From the NCBI GenBank assembly GCA_963776385.1, contig CAVZME010000011.1, forward strand, positions 202,807 to 266,806: DNA of 64,000 nucleotides. Reading direction: 5' to 3'. Positions 39,986-50,480 of the stretch are shown here, piece after piece. Position numbers and translations under genes: made by a program. How positions within the stretch are numbered: the stretch's first letter is position 1; every line of letters starts with the position of its first letter. The notes beneath the pieces were generated by a model, which worked only from the letters and a program-made list of their open reading frames with translations, was not told the origin of the DNA and did no database searches. Source of the DNA: an uncultured Chloroflexia bacterium. GTDB lineage: Bacteria; Chloroflexota; Limnocylindria; Limnocylindrales; CSP1-4.

Positions 39986-40142
39986 CATGGTTCCGGGCGT
40001 CGGGCCGCAATGGGAAGTAAGCGGCTACGTCGTGAACGTTTCCTTCCATGTGGACTTCATGACATCACACCTGGCCCATGCCTCGGTCTACACTCGCCAG
40101 AGGCCCCGAGTCGTCGCCCGCCACAGGAGGGAACTCCCGAAG

Positions 40143-40430
40143 ATGTGTTGCGTCGTCGCCGCCTTGTTCACACTCGGCCCGCGTGCCGCGATCCTGCTCT
40201 GGTGGCTCGTTCAGCCGATCCGCTGGGGCGAGACGTTCGACACCTTCCTGTGGCCGTTCGTCGGGTTCCTCATCCTGCCGTGGACGACGCTCATGTACGT
40301 CCTCGTGTACCCCGCCGGCATCAACGGATTCGACTACGTCTGGCTGGGGATCGGCGTCGCGATGGATGTGTTCAGCTGGGCCGGAGGCGGGTACACGAAT
40401 CGCGATCGAATCCCCACCTCCGGGGCGTGA
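40143..40430 (+). CDS. small integral membrane protein (3 TM)
   Basis: Start at the ATG giving MCCVVAALFTLGPRAAILLWWLV. 95 aa and strongly hydrophobic. The upstream part of the 163-aa ORF looks non-coding. Confidence 0.45.
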   Translation: MCCVVAALFTLGPRAAILLWWLVQPIRWGETFDTFLWPFVGFLILPWTTLMYVLVYPAGINGFDYVWLGIGVAMDVFSWAGGGYTNRDRIPTSGA

Positions 40431-40549
40431 TCGACTCCTGACACGCTCGGGTGAAGTGACACCGTCAGAGCACGGCGTGTGCTCGCTCGTCGCCATCGTC
40501 GCCGTCAGACCGCCGCTCGGCGACCTTCCCGAGGGGTAGATTCCCGATC

Positions 40550-41653
40550 GTGTCGATCAGCTGGTCCCAGGCCCTCGCGTGGCGCATGCGCCGACAGCTG
40601 CTTGACCCGGTCGGCACCGAAGCGGTCGAGGACGTCGTACGCAGACTCGGCGCCGTCCCGGCCCAGCTCGATTCCGCCGCCGAGCTGGCCGTCCGTACCA
40701 GACGTCAACGATCCCGGTCTGGCGAGGTCGCTCGTGCCCTGGCGGACGGGCGGCTCATCAAGACGTTCGCGTTTCGAGGCGCTACGCACCTGATGACGCC
40801 GGAGGACGGGGGCGCCTACCTCGCCTTGCGGGCAGCCAGTCGAATGTGGGAGCTCCCGAGCTGGCAGAGCTACTACGGCTTGGCGCCATCGGACTGGCCG
40901 CGCCTTCGAGAAGTGGTCCGCCAGGCACTGGCCGACGGCCCGCTGACGCTTGAGGGCCTTGGGGCGGCGATCACCGCTCGGTCGCAGTTCCGGCATCTGG
41001 GCTTCGTCTTCGACGGGAACCCCTGGACATTGCTGAAGGCATTCGCCTGGCAGGGAGACCTGAGCTTCGGGCCTGGTCAGGGCCGACGTACGACGTTTCA
41101 ACGCCTCGACGGGAACCCTCGCTGGGCGGGAGTGCCTGAGCTCGACGAAGCCGGGATGTATGCGGTCCAGGCGTACTTCGGCGCATACGGGCCGGCGACG
41201 CCCGACCACGTGCAGCACTGGCTGGGGGATGGCCTGGGCGCTGGACGCAAGCGGATCCAGGCCTGGATCGCCGGGTTAGGTGACCGCCTCGTGGCGGTGG
41301 ACATCGACGGGGAGTCCGCGTACATCATGCGCGAGCATCTCGAGGACCTGGCCGCGACGTCACCGACCAGTGCGATCCGACTCCTCCCTGGCTACGACCA
41401 ATGGGTTCTCGGGCCGGGCACAGCCGACGCACATGTCGTGCCGCCCGGAAGGCGTGCGCTGGTCAGCCGTCAGGCCAACATCGTGATCGTCGGCGGAGTC
41501 GTGTCCGGGACGTGGGCACTATCGGATGACCACGTCGCGGTTGAGTGGTTCGCCGAAGGGGGGCCGCCCGCAAGGAATGGGCTCGCAGACGAGGTAGAGC
41601 GGCTCGCGACGATCTTGGGTCTGCCCCTTCAGCTGTCCGTCCAGACGGCCTGA
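40550..41653 (+). CDS. winged-helix DNA-binding domain protein (YcaQ/AlkZ, DUF1006 family)
   Basis: 367 aa. N-terminal ISWSQALAWRMRRQLLDP...VVRRLGAVPAQLDSAAELAV...LIKTFAFRGATHLM is typical of this family. Confidence 0.7.
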   Translation: MSISWSQALAWRMRRQLLDPVGTEAVEDVVRRLGAVPAQLDSAAELAVRTRRQRSRSGEVARALADGRLIKTFAFRGATHLMTPEDGGAYLALRAASRMWELPSWQSYYGLAPSDWPRLREVVRQALADGPLTLEGLGAAITARSQFRHLGFVFDGNPWTLLKAFAWQGDLSFGPGQGRRTTFQRLDGNPRWAGVPELDEAGMYAVQAYFGAYGPATPDHVQHWLGDGLGAGRKRIQAWIAGLGDRLVAVDIDGESAYIMREHLEDLAATSPTSAIRLLPGYDQWVLGPGTADAHVVPPGRRALVSRQANIVIVGGVVSGTWALSDDHVAVEWFAEGGPPARNGLADEVERLATILGLPLQLSVQTA

Positions 41654-41669
41654 CGAGTCGCCTCGCCGG

Positions 41670-42191
41670 GTGACATTGGCGCACGCCTTGCGACGACGAC
41701 GCCTATACCCTGAACGCGTGGGGCCAAAGGACTCAAGAAGTGGAGCTGGAGCGCACGCCCTTTTGCGATGCGTGTCAGTGGCATTGGTCCTGAGTCTCGC
41801 GGGGTGCGGCAACGTGGTACAGCCGTCCGTCGACTCGTCGCTGATCGCCATCCCGACGCAGGCTCCCGCTGGTCTGGGCACGCCTGCCGCGTGTCCGGCT
41901 GCGTTACTCATGGGAACGCTGGTAACCGACGAACGCTGGGGTCTTGCCGTCCGCGACACGGAGGGCCACACGCGGGAGGTCATCTGGCCGAGCGGATACG
42001 CTGGACGTCGGGCGGGCAATCGGCTTGCCCTCATCGACGCGCTCGGCGTGCTTGTCGCACACGAAGGCGACCGGCTTCAGATCGGTGGGGGCGAGACTGG
42101 CGCCAATGGCGCGTGGCTAGCTTGTGGAGGCATCAGCCTGGCGACTGCTCGTTGGCAACCGATGGCGTCAACGGGCACCCTACGCGTCTAG
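41670..42191 (+). CDS. hypothetical lipoprotein
   Basis: Signal peptide with lipobox VALVLSLAGCGN. I recognise no family. The true start may be an internal GTG. Confidence 0.5.
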   Translation: MTLAHALRRRRLYPERVGPKDSRSGAGAHALLRCVSVALVLSLAGCGNVVQPSVDSSLIAIPTQAPAGLGTPAACPAALLMGTLVTDERWGLAVRDTEGHTREVIWPSGYAGRRAGNRLALIDALGVLVAHEGDRLQIGGGETGANGAWLACGGISLATARWQPMASTGTLRV

Positions 42192-42226
42192 CATCAGCCG
42201 CTGTGCTGTGACTCGGACCCCGAGGG

Positions 42227-42906
42227 TTAGGCCCCGTCCTCGCCGGAGAGGTCCTTGTCCTCCATCTCCCACGCATGGTCGAGCGTGTGGAAGGCCGAGT
42301 GTCGGATGAGGAACGGAAGGGTCCATGACCGCATGCGCCGACCCTCCCCGGCGTTGTAGGCGCGCATCGCCTCGACGTAAGCCTCTCGATACTCCCGCAA
42401 CCCATCCGGGGTCATCGCCCCTTCCTCGGGGATCTTCAACCCGACGCCCGTCGCGAAGTTCTCGCTCTCCTGACGAATGGTGTGGCTGATGATCCGATCG
42501 CGGTCGCGTCCCCCTCCGCGCGGGCCCTTGCGCATCTCCGGCGAGACACGCGCCGCGACGCTATCGAAGAACGCCCAGCAGGCGCGCAGCTGCGTGATCG
42601 CGCGGTCGAACTCCGCCTCGGTCATCGGTCCATGCTCGGTCGAAGAGGCCGCGAACGAGATGCCCCAGAAATCGGTCGAGCCGGGACCGACCCTGTCCTC
42701 CACGATCTCAAGCGACCCGGCGGCGTCGAAGTCGGGCAACATGCCAGCGAGGTCCGCGATTGGCCGGTATCGGTCCCGATACGACTCGAGCGTCTCCAGG
42801 GCGTCCCGGGGGTCTTTGCACCGCGGCTCCACCCCAGCCATTCGAGGCTGAAGGCCACCGCCCGCTTTCCCTTGGGTCCGCGTTCGATGACGGTGCGGAC
42901 AGGCAT
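42227..42906 (-). pseudogene. DinB/YfiT-like protein, one frame break
   Basis: MPVRTVIERGPKGKRAVAFSLEWLGWSRGAKTP is in ORF 42622..42960. The rest is in ORF 42227..43039 and ends with the HTLDHAWEMEDKD motif. The break is in the C3G5 run at 42805-42812 and behaves as a one-base loss. Confidence 0.5.
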
Positions 42907-43099
42907 GGCCTGAGTATTGCACCTGAACCGACGAGTTCGGGCTCCGACCGCGCGCACCATGTGACTTTGCCGGACGCTGCGCGACGCGATCGCGCTGCCT
43001 ATCGGCGCATGAGGAGCTCTGGGCCGAGCCCCGGTCCACTGAGGAACCCGAGCATGATTTGCGCGAGCGTAGGCTCTTCAGCCGCCGGGTAGCGACGCC

Positions 43100-43582
43100 C
43101 TAATTGACCGGTTTGCCGTAGATGAAGACAGCCAGCTGGACCTGGTTGTTGTCAAGGTTCGGGTCAGGGTTCGGATCCGCGTAGTCCTGCGCGGCCCACC
43201 CGGCGACGAATGCATTGCGGCTCTCACCCTTGACCAGGCCGCTGACGCGCAGCGTGTACGTCGCGGTCATTGACGTCCCTGGTGCGAGGTCCGACGGGTT
43301 GCACTGACTCTGCCCGAACGAACCATTGTCCTGGCAGTGCACCGAGACTTCGTCGATCTGGTCACCGCCACCGCCCATGACGTAGATTCGAGTCGCGGTG
43401 CCAGGACCGAGGTTCGTCACGGTGATGGTGTACGTGTAGAACCCTCCGCTCTTGATCCGGGTCGGGCCTGTCATCGCGACCGACAGGTCAGCATCGGTCG
43501 CCGCGAAGACTCCCGGCGCCGAGGCTAGGACGAGCCCTATCAGGGAGGCGGCGACCCCCGTTCGGAACAGACGACGCCACAT
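43100..43582 (-). CDS. secreted DUF11-like (conserved repeat domain) protein
   Basis: Signal peptide MWRRLFRTGVAASLIGLVLASAPGVFA, then ADLSVAMTGP...YTYTITVTNLGPGTAT, typical of a DUF11 repeat. Local GC is about 50% in a 60-nt spot count. Confidence 0.65.
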   Translation of the reverse strand: MWRRLFRTGVAASLIGLVLASAPGVFAATDADLSVAMTGPTRIKSGGFYTYTITVTNLGPGTATRIYVMGGGGDQIDEVSVHCQDNGSFGQSQCNPSDLAPGTSMTATYTLRVSGLVKGESRNAFVAGWAAQDYADPNPDPNLDNNQVQLAVFIYGKPVN

Positions 43583-43915
43583 AGCAAATCCTCCTCCGCT
43601 GTGGATGCGATTGAGACCGCACGCCTCGTTTCGCGTGTTGGCCGGCCATCAAGACATCGTGGGGCTGCACTCGTTCGTCCGGGGCGGCCGCGGCGTGATA
43701 GAGGACGGTCGGAGCCGACAAACGGCGGGTCACTCGAAGTGAACAGCAACAGTCCCATCCGAACCAGTGCCGAACGAACCCAATCCGCAGCACCTTGAAC
43801 GCATCGCGGCCGCCGAGATCGGCGGGGTGGTGGGTCCGCGGCGTGAACCGACGTTCCCGTACCGCGACGGAAAGAGAGGAGGACAATTCTGCGGCGCAAC
43901 CAAGGGGGTGGAACG

Positions 43916-44455
43916 ATGGTCGAAGCTGGGTGGACCAACCTGGTCGCCAAGTTGGACACGGCGCCGATTCCCGAGGACAAGGTCGCCATCCTTCGGGGAC
44001 TTCTCGGGTGGTCGACTGCGACCGGCACACGCGCAAAATCGCCCTTCACGCGTCCAGGGACGTTCGTCGGGCGGTGGCAAGGCACCCAATTCCCCAACCC
44101 GATGTGGATCAGCGGTTACTGGGAGGAGGAGAAGAACGAGGGGATCCCATATCCCGATTACACGGTTGAGTTCTATACCTACGACGCGATCCGAGGCGTG
44201 TTCGTCAACGTTGGCATCCTCGCGGGAGGCTGCCACTGCCATCCCGAAAGCCCGGGTCCGGGCCCCGATGGGGTCATGACATTCGAAGGCTCCATATCCG
44301 GCCCAGGCCTGACTCGGCCGTTTCGTCGAATCTTCCGCTTCATCGACGGCGGAGCGTCTGTCACAGCTGAGGTCCAACTCGAAGCATGGGCTCCCTGCTG
44401 GCACGTCGAGGCTCGAACGATGGCCGGCTTCGCCTCTGATCCGATGGGCTCCTAG
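43916..44455 (+). CDS. hypothetical protein
   Basis: 179-aa ORF with SD-like GGGGG/GAGGAGG upstream. I recognise no family. Confidence 0.45.
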   Translation: MVEAGWTNLVAKLDTAPIPEDKVAILRGLLGWSTATGTRAKSPFTRPGTFVGRWQGTQFPNPMWISGYWEEEKNEGIPYPDYTVEFYTYDAIRGVFVNVGILAGGCHCHPESPGPGPDGVMTFEGSISGPGLTRPFRRIFRFIDGGASVTAEVQLEAWAPCWHVEARTMAGFASDPMGS

Positions 44456-44486
44456 CTACTGATGTCCGCTTGACAGGAGTTGCCAC

Positions 44487-44903
44487 GTGAAGACCACAAC
44501 CGTCGAAACCGCGGAGCACGGCCGCTCGCCCCTGGGAGCTCGTATCCGCTTCCTGATGGATGGGCCGCACGGCAACATGATCCACTCGACCGTGCCGCCC
44601 GGGATGGTCGGCCACGCCTGCCATTTCCGGACCATCGACGAGTATTGGTACGTCCTCTCGGGCGAGGGAGAGATCTGGCGCAGCGCGCCCGACGGCCACG
44701 AGAGCATCACCCGGCTTATCCCCGGCGTGTGTGTCGACATCCCGCTCGGCACAGCCTTTCAGTATCGCTGCACCGGCACCGTGGCCCTTGTCTTCACCTG
44801 CACGGCCCTACCGCCCTGGCCGGGCGACGACGAAGCCGTGATCGTGGATGGGCCGTGGATGCCCTGTGTGGACCCGGAGCCCAAGCGCAAGCGCTCGCGA
44901 TAG
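44487..44903 (+). CDS. cupin-domain protein
   Basis: 138 aa. H...H...EYWYVLSGEGEIW...G..V.IP.G..FQ matches the cupin beta-barrel pattern. Confidence 0.6.
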   Translation: MKTTTVETAEHGRSPLGARIRFLMDGPHGNMIHSTVPPGMVGHACHFRTIDEYWYVLSGEGEIWRSAPDGHESITRLIPGVCVDIPLGTAFQYRCTGTVALVFTCTALPPWPGDDEAVIVDGPWMPCVDPEPKRKRSR

Positions 44904-45127
44904 GCCTACCTGACCTTCCAGCCCGCGACGTCTCCGGGAATATCTCCGAACGCTCACGGACTTCGGGATCGTCATCTCACGACCAACGGCACTTGGCAGG
45001 TCACGGGGTGGCAGCGATGCTCGATGACGACGCGGCCCTTTCAGACGGCGGTCGTGATCCTGGAGCCACGACCGATGGCGGTCAGACGCACCCGTCGGGG
45101 GTCCCGCCGCAAGGTAGGAGAACGAAG

Positions 45128-45880
45128 ATGGATCGGAACCGAGGGATCGCCGTCACCGCGGGAGTGCTGTTCATCATCGCGACAGTTGCAGACCTGATCT
45201 CGCGCGTGGTGTTGGTGCAACCGATCCTGTCCGACCCGGTCGATCTCACCAAGATCTCGGCGAACGAAGACCAGGTCCTCCTGGGAGCTCTCCTCCTGTT
45301 CATCGGGGCCGCCGCGGCTGTAGGGATCGCTATCGCTCTCTACCCGGTCTTGAGGAAGTACAACGAAGGTCTGGCCCTTGGATCGGTGGGCTTCAGGCTC
45401 ATCGAGGGAGCGCTCTATATCGGCATCGTCGTCTGCCTGCTCTTGCTGGTGACCGTGAGCCAGGAGTCTGCGAACGCTGGAGCGGCGGAATCATCGGCCT
45501 TCCAGGTCCAGGCTTCGCTGTTGATGGCAGCACGTGATTCGCTGGGCGAAGTGGCCGTGCTGGCCTTTGGCCTCGGGGGGCTGATGTACTACTGGGTGTT
45601 CTACCGATCGCGACTCATCCCTCGATGGCTGTCAGCCTGGGGTCTTGTGGCAATCGCGTCGCTCATGCTGTCCGGCCTCCTTGTCATGCTCGCTTTTGTC
45701 GAGCCGATGTCGCCGACCCAGGTCGTCCTGGCTCTTCCGATCTTCCTGCAGGAGATGGTCCTGGCGGTCTGGTTGATCGCGAAGGGCTTCAACCCAGCTG
45801 CCATCGCTCCCGAGCCCGCCGGTGACACGTCGGGCTGGCGGGCCACCGCGAGCAAAGCGTCGGGGATCGCACCCGGGTGA
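45128..45880 (+). CDS. DUF4386-like integral membrane protein
   Basis: Start at ATG 45128 with AGGAG upstream. 250 aa and about 6 TM. N-terminal RNRGIAVTAGVLFIIATVADLIS resembles DUF4386. The upstream 216 codons of ORF 44480..45880 are out-of-frame overlap with the cupin gene. Confidence 0.6.
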   Translation: MDRNRGIAVTAGVLFIIATVADLISRVVLVQPILSDPVDLTKISANEDQVLLGALLLFIGAAAAVGIAIALYPVLRKYNEGLALGSVGFRLIEGALYIGIVVCLLLLVTVSQESANAGAAESSAFQVQASLLMAARDSLGEVAVLAFGLGGLMYYWVFYRSRLIPRWLSAWGLVAIASLMLSGLLVMLAFVEPMSPTQVVLALPIFLQEMVLAVWLIAKGFNPAAIAPEPAGDTSGWRATASKASGIAPG

Positions 45881-45893
45881 TCCCTGGATCCGG

Positions 45894-46391
45894 CTACTGC
45901 GGGTCGGTCTCCAGGACGTAGATGGCGTCCGGCCCGAGACACACGAAGTACCCCGCCAAGCGTGGGTAGGCGGCTGCCGGGACGTCGATCCGGGTTCCGT
46001 CACGGGCGACCTCCTCGCCCTTCGGACCATTGATGACCGGCGGGCTCCCGTCCGTCGCCGTGAAGCCATCCGTCCAGGCGACCGTGATCTTCTTGCCGGT
46101 GTCGGTCTCGGCCCAGACATCGGGATCGGAGGCGGCATCGATCTTGATCGTCGCGGACTTGTAGTCCACTCCGATGGCATCGCAGCCGATGGGCCCGGTT
46201 CGCTTCAGGACGATGCCGGCACCCGCCGGGAGCTGCGACGACGCGGCTGACGAAGCCTGCGACGGCGCAGTGGTCACGAGCTGCGGCGAGGCGGCCGAGG
46301 GCGCTGTCGACGCCGCCGGGCCGCACGCCAGCACGATGGCGCCCACGACGAGGGCGATGATCAGGGTTCGGGCGGATCTCTTGCCGGCCAT
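45894..46391 (-). CDS. hypothetical lipoprotein
   Basis: Start at ATG 46391 (MAGKRSARTLIIALVVGAIVLACG, lipobox), then a Ser/Ala/Pro linker and a ~110-aa domain. Confidence 0.55.
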   Translation of the reverse strand: MAGKRSARTLIIALVVGAIVLACGPAASTAPSAASPQLVTTAPSQASSAASSQLPAGAGIVLKRTGPIGCDAIGVDYKSATIKIDAASDPDVWAETDTGKKITVAWTDGFTATDGSPPVINGPKGEEVARDGTRIDVPAAAYPRLAGYFVCLGPDAIYVLETDPQ

Positions 46392-46453
46392 GGTTCGCCG
46401 AGTGTACCGCGGCCACCGTGAGCCGAGCGATCCACGGCCGATCGTGCTGGTGA

Positions 46454-46990
46454 TCACGTTGGAGGCAGGAGCCGAGCCCAGTGGCGATCGAGTGACCTCG
46501 CCAGCGTCGTGGCATCCCTGTCGTCAAGGTCGACAAGCCGGGGAAGCGCCTCGACGTAGCGCGCGATCGCGGCCCGTTGCTCGGCGGTGAATCCGTCGAA
46601 CCGGGAGAACCAGGCGGCTTCGAACGTCGCGTCGAACTTCGCGTCGGGTGCGAGTGCCGAGATCGTCTCGATCGCGGTCATGTCGGCGCCATCGATGGAC
46701 ATCCTGTCGTCATCGTCATGGTGATCGAGGAGCCAGAGCATCAGGGCTGGAAGGTAGTAGCGCAGGCCCTCGCCGTCGAGATGCGAGATGCAATTGCGGC
46801 GAAGCTCTATTTCGGGCACGCGAGCCCAATCGTCGGTCACCTCCGAAAGAGGGAGTGCCTTGAACTCCTCCCGGGTGACCCCGCGGCCGAAGTCGTCGAT
46901 GACCTGAGCCTGCCGAAGGCTGATGCCCGATCCCAGGCGGACATCCTTGAACGCCGAACGGATCGCGGCCTCGAGCTCGTCGCGTTCCAC
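46454..46990 (-). CDS. hypothetical cytoplasmic protein
   Basis: 178-aa ORF with a GTG start 6 nt after the upstream stop. Acidic. Contains LRYYLPALMLWLLDHHDDDD. Family uncertain. Confidence 0.5.
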   Translation of the reverse strand: MERDELEAAIRSAFKDVRLGSGISLRQAQVIDDFGRGVTREEFKALPLSEVTDDWARVPEIELRRNCISHLDGEGLRYYLPALMLWLLDHHDDDDRMSIDGADMTAIETISALAPDAKFDATFEAAWFSRFDGFTAEQRAAIARYVEALPRLVDLDDRDATTLARSLDRHWARLLPPT

Positions 46991-46996
46991 GGCGAC

Positions 46997-49415
46997 CTAT
47001 CCGCGCATCCGTTCGCCGCGCGGATCGACCATGACGTCGGGGCCGACGACGGCCGGGACGCGCCGATCGAAGACGTCGACCTCGAGTCGGGTGCCCTCAG
47101 CGGCGGTCGTCGGCAGGTAGGCGTAGCCGAGGGTGCGCTCGACCGTTGGGCCGTAGGCAACGCTGCGGAGGCGGCCGATGACGTCGTCGTCAAGCCTGAC
47201 AGCTTCCCCGCCGTAGACGGGTTCGTAGTCAGGGCCGCCGATGACGAGGGTCCTGAGCCGGCGATCCGCTCCCGTGTCTCTGGCCTCGGCGAGCGCATCG
47301 CGGCCGATGAATGGACCCTTCTCGAGCCGGACGAAGGCGCCGAGACCGGCGTCGAAGGGCGTGTCGAGCATCGTCAGGTCCATGCCGTAGTAGCGGTAGC
47401 CCTTCTCCATCCGGAGGGCATCGAGGGCGCGGTAGCCGACGGGTTCGGCTCCGGCGGCACTGACCCGATCCCAGACCGCGACGGCCCACTCGACCGGCGT
47501 CGTCAGTTCCCAGCCGAGCTCACCGGCGTAGCTGATGCGCGCGGCGTGGACGGGTGCGGGGCCGACGTGCAGCGACCCCGCCTGTCGCATCGGGATGGCG
47601 TCGTTGCCGACCTCGTCGGCCGGGGCACCGGCGGCGACCAGGACGGTCCGTGCCTGCGGACCCCACAGCCCGATCGTGGCCAAGTCGCCGCTGACGTCGC
47701 GGATCGTGACGGCCTCGTCATCCCTCCGGTGCGTCAGCAGCCAGGCGATCTCCGAGGCGAGGTAGCCGGCCCCGGTCACGACCCGGAAGCGGTCGTCGGC
47801 CAGTCGCGTGACGGTCACGTCGGCCACCATCCCGCCACGGTCGTCGCACCATTGCGTATAGACGACGCTCCCGACGGGCCGGTCGATGTCGTTGGCGCTG
47901 ACCCGCTGAAGGAGGTCGCTGGCACCCGGTCCCTCGACCGCGATCTTGCCGAACGACGATAGGTCGACGACGCCCGCACGTTCGCGCACGACACGTGCCT
48001 CGGCACAGACGCGCTCGAACCAGGGCGGCCGTGTCCAGCCGTAGCCCGCCTGATCGCGGCCTGTGCGGCGCCAGCCGCCGACGGCGTCGTGGTAGTCGGC
48101 CCGTTCCCAGCCGGCCTTCGTGCCGAAGACCGCGCCCGCTTCCTCGAGCCGACCGTGAAGCGCCGACAGCCGCCGCGGCCGGCCAGCGACGTCGGCGTCG
48201 TACGGATAGCGCAGCCGGTAGTAATCCGAATACGTCTCGCGCGCCAGCCCGGCGGCGAACCCGGGATCCCGGTACGTCTCGCTGAACCGCCACGCCCGAT
48301 ATGGCCCGATGTCCACGCCCGGATCGCCGGTCGTGATCCAGCCCGCCATCGCCCGGCCGATCCCTCCCCCACCCCCGAACCCGTTGAGCGACAGCCCGGC
48401 CGCGACCCAGAACCCGCGAACCCCGGGGAGTGGCCCCAGCAGCGGATTCGCATCCGGCGTCATCGCGTCCGGGTGGCAGACCAGCCGGATGGCCTCCGCG
48501 TCGGCGAGGAATGGGAACCGCCGGATCGCGCCGTCCATCAACGGCGCGAACCGTTCCCAGTCGGGCGGCAACGACTGCGCCGCGTGCTCCCAGGGCACGC
48601 CGTCTTCCCAGCGCGACCGCGGGTCCAGCTCGTACCCGCCGAAGACCATGCCGCCCTGCTCGCTCTTGCCGTAGACGAGGTTGTCCGGGTCGCGGAAGCA
48701 GGGCATGTCGCGCGGCAGCTCGGACGCCGGGCACGGCCTTGAGCGCGATGTGCTGGTGATCGACCGGCGTGGAGGGGATGAACCCACCGACCATCGCCGC
48801 GACCTGCGGCGCCCACATCCCGGCGGCGTTGACGACGAGTTCCGTGGCGATCGGGCCGGTGTCGGTCAGGACGGCCGTGATCTCACGCCGCTCCGACAGC
48901 TCGAACCCCGTCACGCGCACACCGGTCCGGATGCGCACGCCGAGCGCGCGGGCCGCGTCGGCCACCGCGTGCGTCGCACCATGCGGGTCGAGGTGGCCGT
49001 CACCGGCCAGATGGACCGCTCCGTACAGCGAGTCAGGCGAGATCGCCGGCATCAACGTCCGAGCCTCGCCTGCCCCGATGACCTCGGCGTCGAGCCCGAT
49101 GCCACGCGCCCGGCTCGCCGTCCGTTCGAGTTCGCGGAGCTGCTCCGGGCTCGATGCCAGTCGCAGGCTGCCGACGGTCTCGAATGCGCCCAGGCTCCGA
49201 TACAGCTCGATGCTGTAGCGACGGAAGGCCATCATCGTCGACGAGGGGTTGAACGCCGTGACCAGACCGGCGGCCTGGCAGGTCGACCCGGCGGTCAGCT
49301 GGGCCTTCTCGACGAGCAGCACGTCCGTCCAGCCGGCGAGGGCCAGGTGGTACGCCACGCTGCAGCCGGTGATCCCGCCGCCGATCACGACGACCCGTGC
49401 CTGGTCCACGCTCAT
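46997..49415 (-). pseudogene. second FAD oxidase-GcvT fusion (dimethylglycine oxidase / sarcosine dehydrogenase family), one frame break
   Basis: MSVDQARVVVIGGGITGCSVAYHLA... is in the frame of ORF 47718..49598. From ELPRDMPCFRDPDNLVYGK onward it is in ORF 46997..48787. The junction is about 48725-48745. Confidence 0.85.
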
Positions 49416-49431
49416 GGACCGAGACGATACG

Positions 49432-50446
49432 TCAGTGGCAGGGTGCGTTCCCGGAGTCCCTGAGGTCGCCCGTCGTCGGCGTGAATTGCCAGGCGTACGA
49501 GCCAGGATGCAGGTCGAGCCGGATGATGCCCTGCGACACGGCCGCACGCAGCTCGCTGTTGGCGCGGATGGTCCCGAAACCTCGCAATTCGGCGCCACCT
49601 GTCCCGACGACGAATTCGCGGATCCCGCGACCGCTGTCCGGCTGTCCGTTCGGGTCCTGCGGCGCGAAGCGTTCGTAGTCGTGGTCGTGCCCGTTGACGA
49701 TCAGGTCCGCGCCTGCGTCGTAGAGGGCCTTCCAGAACGGCGCGACGTCCTTGTCATTGCCATGGACCCCGGAACTGAACCGCGGGTGATGCCAGATGGC
49801 GAGCGTGCACACGGCCGACGATGCCGCGAGATCCCCGGCAAGCCAGCGACCCTGCGGCGAATCTGCTCCACAACCGCCGACATTCGAGCAGTCGGAGTCG
49901 AGGACGATGACGTGCCACGCCCCGAGGTCGTACGAGTACCAACTCGTCCCGTTCGGGGCGGCCGCCTTCCCGAAATAGCCGAGATAGCCGGCCAGATCCT
50001 TCGTCTCCCAATCGTGATTCCCGGGCGCCGGTCGCGTCCGATCGAGGAAGCGGCCCCAGGTCGGCCCATAGCAGTCGCGGAACTGCTCGGCGGAGCCATT
50101 CTCGTAGGCGTTGTCGCCGGCCGTGAACACGGTGCCGGGGATCGCTTCGACCAGCGAGGCCGTGGCGCTGTCGGCGTCGCTGTCGCATCTGGCGATGTCG
50201 CCGGCCCCGACGAGGACGGCGTCGACCGATGGCGACGCACTGCCGCCAGAACCGTGCGCGGACCGACCGAAGCGGACGCACCGGGCGTCGCAGTCGGACG
50301 GAGCCGACGTCGGCTGCACGACTGCGGCCGTCGCCGATGCGCCTGAGGCGCCGCTGTCCGATCGACCGGACGAGGTTGAGCGCACCGAAGAGAAGGATCA
50401 GCGTCGCGGCGAAGACCAATCCGCCGAGTGCCACGGATCGGAGCAT
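49432..50446 (-). pseudogene. membrane-anchored/secreted calcineurin-like metallophosphoesterase, one frame break
   Basis: The N-terminal anchor MLRSVALGGLVFAATLILLFGAL is in the frame of ORF 49754..50509. The catalytic domain (GDIARCD, GDNAYENG, PGNHDW, WHHPRFSSG, GHDHDYERF) is in ORF 49432..50385. The junction is about 50340-50360. Confidence 0.8.
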
Positions 50447-50480
50447 CGAGCCGCGCTTCGGGGTCGGGTCGGTCACTCCG

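Noticed and set aside
44480-45127. N-terminal 216 codons of ORF 44480..45880.
   Set aside because: They overlap the cupin gene in another frame and read as Arg/Pro/Gly-rich noise. A good AGGAG-ATG start at 45128 precedes the hydrophobic DUF4386-like body.
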